From contig DEQS01000105.1 of assembly GCA_002360555.1 (NCBI GenBank), positions 172,154-236,153 on the forward strand: a stretch of DNA of 64,000 nt, given 5' to 3'. Source of the stretch: Chloracidobacterium sp. UBA3360. GTDB taxonomy: Bacteria > Acidobacteriota > Blastocatellia > Pyrinomonadales > Pyrinomonadaceae. The translations under genes and the position numbers were made by a program. Shown one piece after another: positions 62,601 through 64,000 of this stretch. The notes beneath the pieces were generated by a model that worked only from the letters and a program-made list of their open reading frames with translations, did not search any database and was not told the DNA's origin. Every line of letters starts with the position of its first letter. The stretch's first letter is position 1.

Positions 62601-62811
62601 GTTTGGCAATTATAGTTTTACTGAAGTTCTGTCCGGTCAGACTTATGGTCTTTCCGTGTCGCCGACCCGACGCTTCAGCTTCACGCCACAAAATGTCAAT
62701 GTGACGGGGAATTTAACTGGAGTCGATTTTGTGGCCCAGACCGGAATGCGCGAAAAGGAAAATAACGTGAAGATGTTCCAAACGGAACCCCTAATTCAGC
62801 TTGGTTTTTAA
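59686..62811 (+). CDS. Large repeat protein: beta-helix/PATR-like N-region, 14 propeller-blade-like repeats, C-terminal CarboxypepD_reg-like domain
   Basis: 1041 aa from GTG 59686. The N-region has [30 protein letters not shown] (autotransporter-associated beta-strand-repeat-like). There are 14 units of IDTxNGFAYFG-x(4-10)[17 protein letters not shown]. The C-terminus [23 protein letters not shown]...TDPFGNYSF is CarboxypepD_reg-like. Confidence 0.7.
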   Translation: MNEFSGEPSGDAAKHHQFPAIENPSPSKTTAVVTWKGSQDNRWSNPGNWEGRRVPGTSDVVRFAVGSNSAVLDTGAPGVVAGLVLESDYEGTVTLQRDLTVSSDLMLAGGTLSQGNYRLSLRNYRQTGGTFIGGDASMIIQYEAIVSGGTLLSSRSMTARSLTIKAPAVVTMAANSKLDLTGDGEPLSGDGLLDVKTNGPNSLEYTGRATSDVTTAGPLRGVLGAAVSAKAASPFAIRDSNRSLGIDPLRSRIDPSVWGLTPLEPSRAFGNEGPVRSQKTSVIQSLLPQEPSQALSGSFSRSAALRLTQIEVPNAAAIDTVNGFAYFGTSTAAGPGGVVKVRLSDGSRVGALVLTGQDDAPGSAVIDTAGGFVYFGGYNGDIIKVRLSDFTRVAVIETGTGFQSAALIDTNNGFAYFGSFTSPGGVFKVRLSDFTIVDVLLFNTDEIGILSGVIDTVNGFAYFGTYNNNNINNPTFIVKVRLSDFTRVGNLQLPAYPAGMNPTCGVIDTANGYVYFGLFDSHSIIKVRLSDFTLASTITPNGTPNGDVQFLRSAVIDTVNGYAYFGDVANKVVKLRLSDFSVAGVLDAASDDLFCAAIDTSNGFAYFGGTTPQGVVKVRLSDFSSAFFTPFSFGEDNLTAAVVDPGNGFAYFATGRNPGIVKVRLSDFTRVGLLTLPQDGTSLSTGVIDTANGYAYFGTDTTPAKIVKIQLSDFTRVSDLRLNSGEGDLFSSAIDLVNGFAYFGSLRSPIVVKIRLSDFARVGSLTLNFNERPRSMVIDTINGFGYFGTYGGFVTKFRLSDFTRIGNIRPTQDDLLSAVIDPVAGYAYFGTLNGSVVRVRLSDFTGAGTVSMSEENLQSATIDTVNGYAYFGTLTSPGRVAKIRLSDFVRVDGLTLNAGEDALTSAVIDPANSFAYFGTGTRPGIVVKINLSVAVPYYISGRVLTPEGRGVKNAVVTLTDPQNVTRQTNTDPFGNYSFTEVLSGQTYGLSVSPTRRFSFTPQNVNVTGNLTGVDFVAQTGMREKENNVKMFQTEPLIQLGF
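60628..62480 (+). repeat. 14 tandem coding repeats of 42-52 codons
   Basis: I counted the units directly from the translation. Each starts [IV]D[TPL]xxG[FY][AVG]YF[GA] and contains [IV][VFT]K[VILF][RQN]LSDF. The nucleotide sequences of the units are diverged, so this is not a recent amplification. Confidence 0.85.
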
Positions 62812-63288
62812 CACTACCCGGGTCTGTTTCGAGCGAAATTTGTGTAGTTTCTGCCGCAATTCAGGCCGAGAATTTGCGAGGATCGCGATCGCGAGCAACG
62901 CGGCGTTTTTTGCGCCCGGCTGTCCGATCGCAAGCGTCCCAACCGGAACACCCGCGGGCATCTGTGCGATCGACAGCAGAGAATCTAGCCCTTTTAGAGC
63001 TTTGCTTTCGACCGGCACGCCGAGCACTGGCAACACAGTCTGCGAAGCACACATTCCCGGCAGATGCGCCGCTCCGCCCGCTCCGGCGATGATGACCTCG
63101 ATGCCACGTTCCTCCGCAGCCTTGGCAAACTCGAACAGCAGATCCGGCGTTCGATGAGCCGAGACGATCTTGGTCTCATGCGCAACGCCAAATTCGGTCA
63201 GCGCCAGGGACGCGACCTCCATCGTGGGCCAGTCCGATTTACTGCCCATGATGATCGATACAATTGGTTGTTTTGCTTTCGCGGTCAT
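62791..63288 (-). CDS. purE: N5-carboxyaminoimidazole ribonucleotide mutase
   Basis: 165 aa. [15 protein letters not shown] and [10 protein letters not shown] motifs. Confidence 0.94.
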   Translation of the reverse strand: MTAKAKQPIVSIIMGSKSDWPTMEVASLALTEFGVAHETKIVSAHRTPDLLFEFAKAAEERGIEVIIAGAGGAAHLPGMCASQTVLPVLGVPVESKALKGLDSLLSIAQMPAGVPVGTLAIGQPGAKNAALLAIAILANSRPELRQKLHKFRSKQTRVVLKTKLN

Positions 63289-63477
63289 GATCTAAAAGGA
63301 AACTATAACAGCGACGAAACGGAAATAGGAGAGGAAAAATGCAATTTTAGCATCTTTGCCGCCAATTCTTCGCCGTCAAAACAGATGGTGTGCGTCGAAT
63401 AGCCTTTTGCCCGAAAGCGACCTAAAATAGTCTTAAATACACGAGTTCTTGTGTTGTAGCAAGGCTTTTGCCTGTGA

Positions 63478-64000
<523 letters not shown>

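Overview
This 64 kb bacterial chromosomal window is gene-dense, roughly mid-50s % G+C by eye. I support about 58 protein-coding genes and one tRNA-Ala(GGC). I see no rRNA, CRISPR array, transposase, integrase or phage genes. The gene content suggests a diderm, most likely Acidobacteriota-like organism; that is inference, since no searches were possible. The evidence is a secreted vWA protein of the acidobacterial type, CarboxypepD_reg-type domains, and a tamB-bamA pair.

Recognisable housekeeping genes:
- Redox, nucleotide and cofactor metabolism: trxB, thyA, nrdAB, purE, purK, ribF, ribBA-like, mazG.
- Translation and central metabolism: serS, galU, and a monomeric icd that is 5' partial at the right edge.
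- Envelope and transport: tatA, crcB, tamB, bamA, hldD, asnB.

Features that stand out:
1. The interval between a deoxyhypusine-synthase-like gene and nrdB holds two unrelated cargo modules. One is an anSME radical-SAM maturase plus a Cys-type sulfatase. The other is a DUF3465 lipoprotein plus a Tat-PhoD phosphatase. They are separated by a decayed chimeric scar at 30699-30994. The scar fuses the 5' end of a second, diverged DHS-like gene to the 3' end of a second, diverged nrdB. This looks like a recombination-driven insertion hotspot with no mobility genes.
2. A 1041-aa protein carries 14 tandem ~44-aa repeats, suggesting two 7-bladed propellers. It sits on the opposite strand between purE and purK. 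Its only plausible signal peptide is encoded in a different reading frame.
3. A translationally tight minus-strand operon starts with an alkyl-DHAP-synthase (AGPS) homologue and an HX4D acyltransferase. This is a candidate ether-lipid module. An unknown lipoprotein, ribF, a VOC protein and an ABC1 kinase follow.
4. A DHS-like, class B flavin monooxygenase, HldD-like epimerase and AraC gene string has no known product.
5. The ribBA-like gene has a GTP-cyclohydrolase-II half that has lost its zinc cysteines.
6. There is a dispersed ~45-55 nt repeat present in two copies, plus a recurring style of intergenic hairpins built from stuttered short words.

All functional calls rest on motif and family recognition by eye. 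Coordinates of starts that I moved from the ORF track are justified in the evidence fields.
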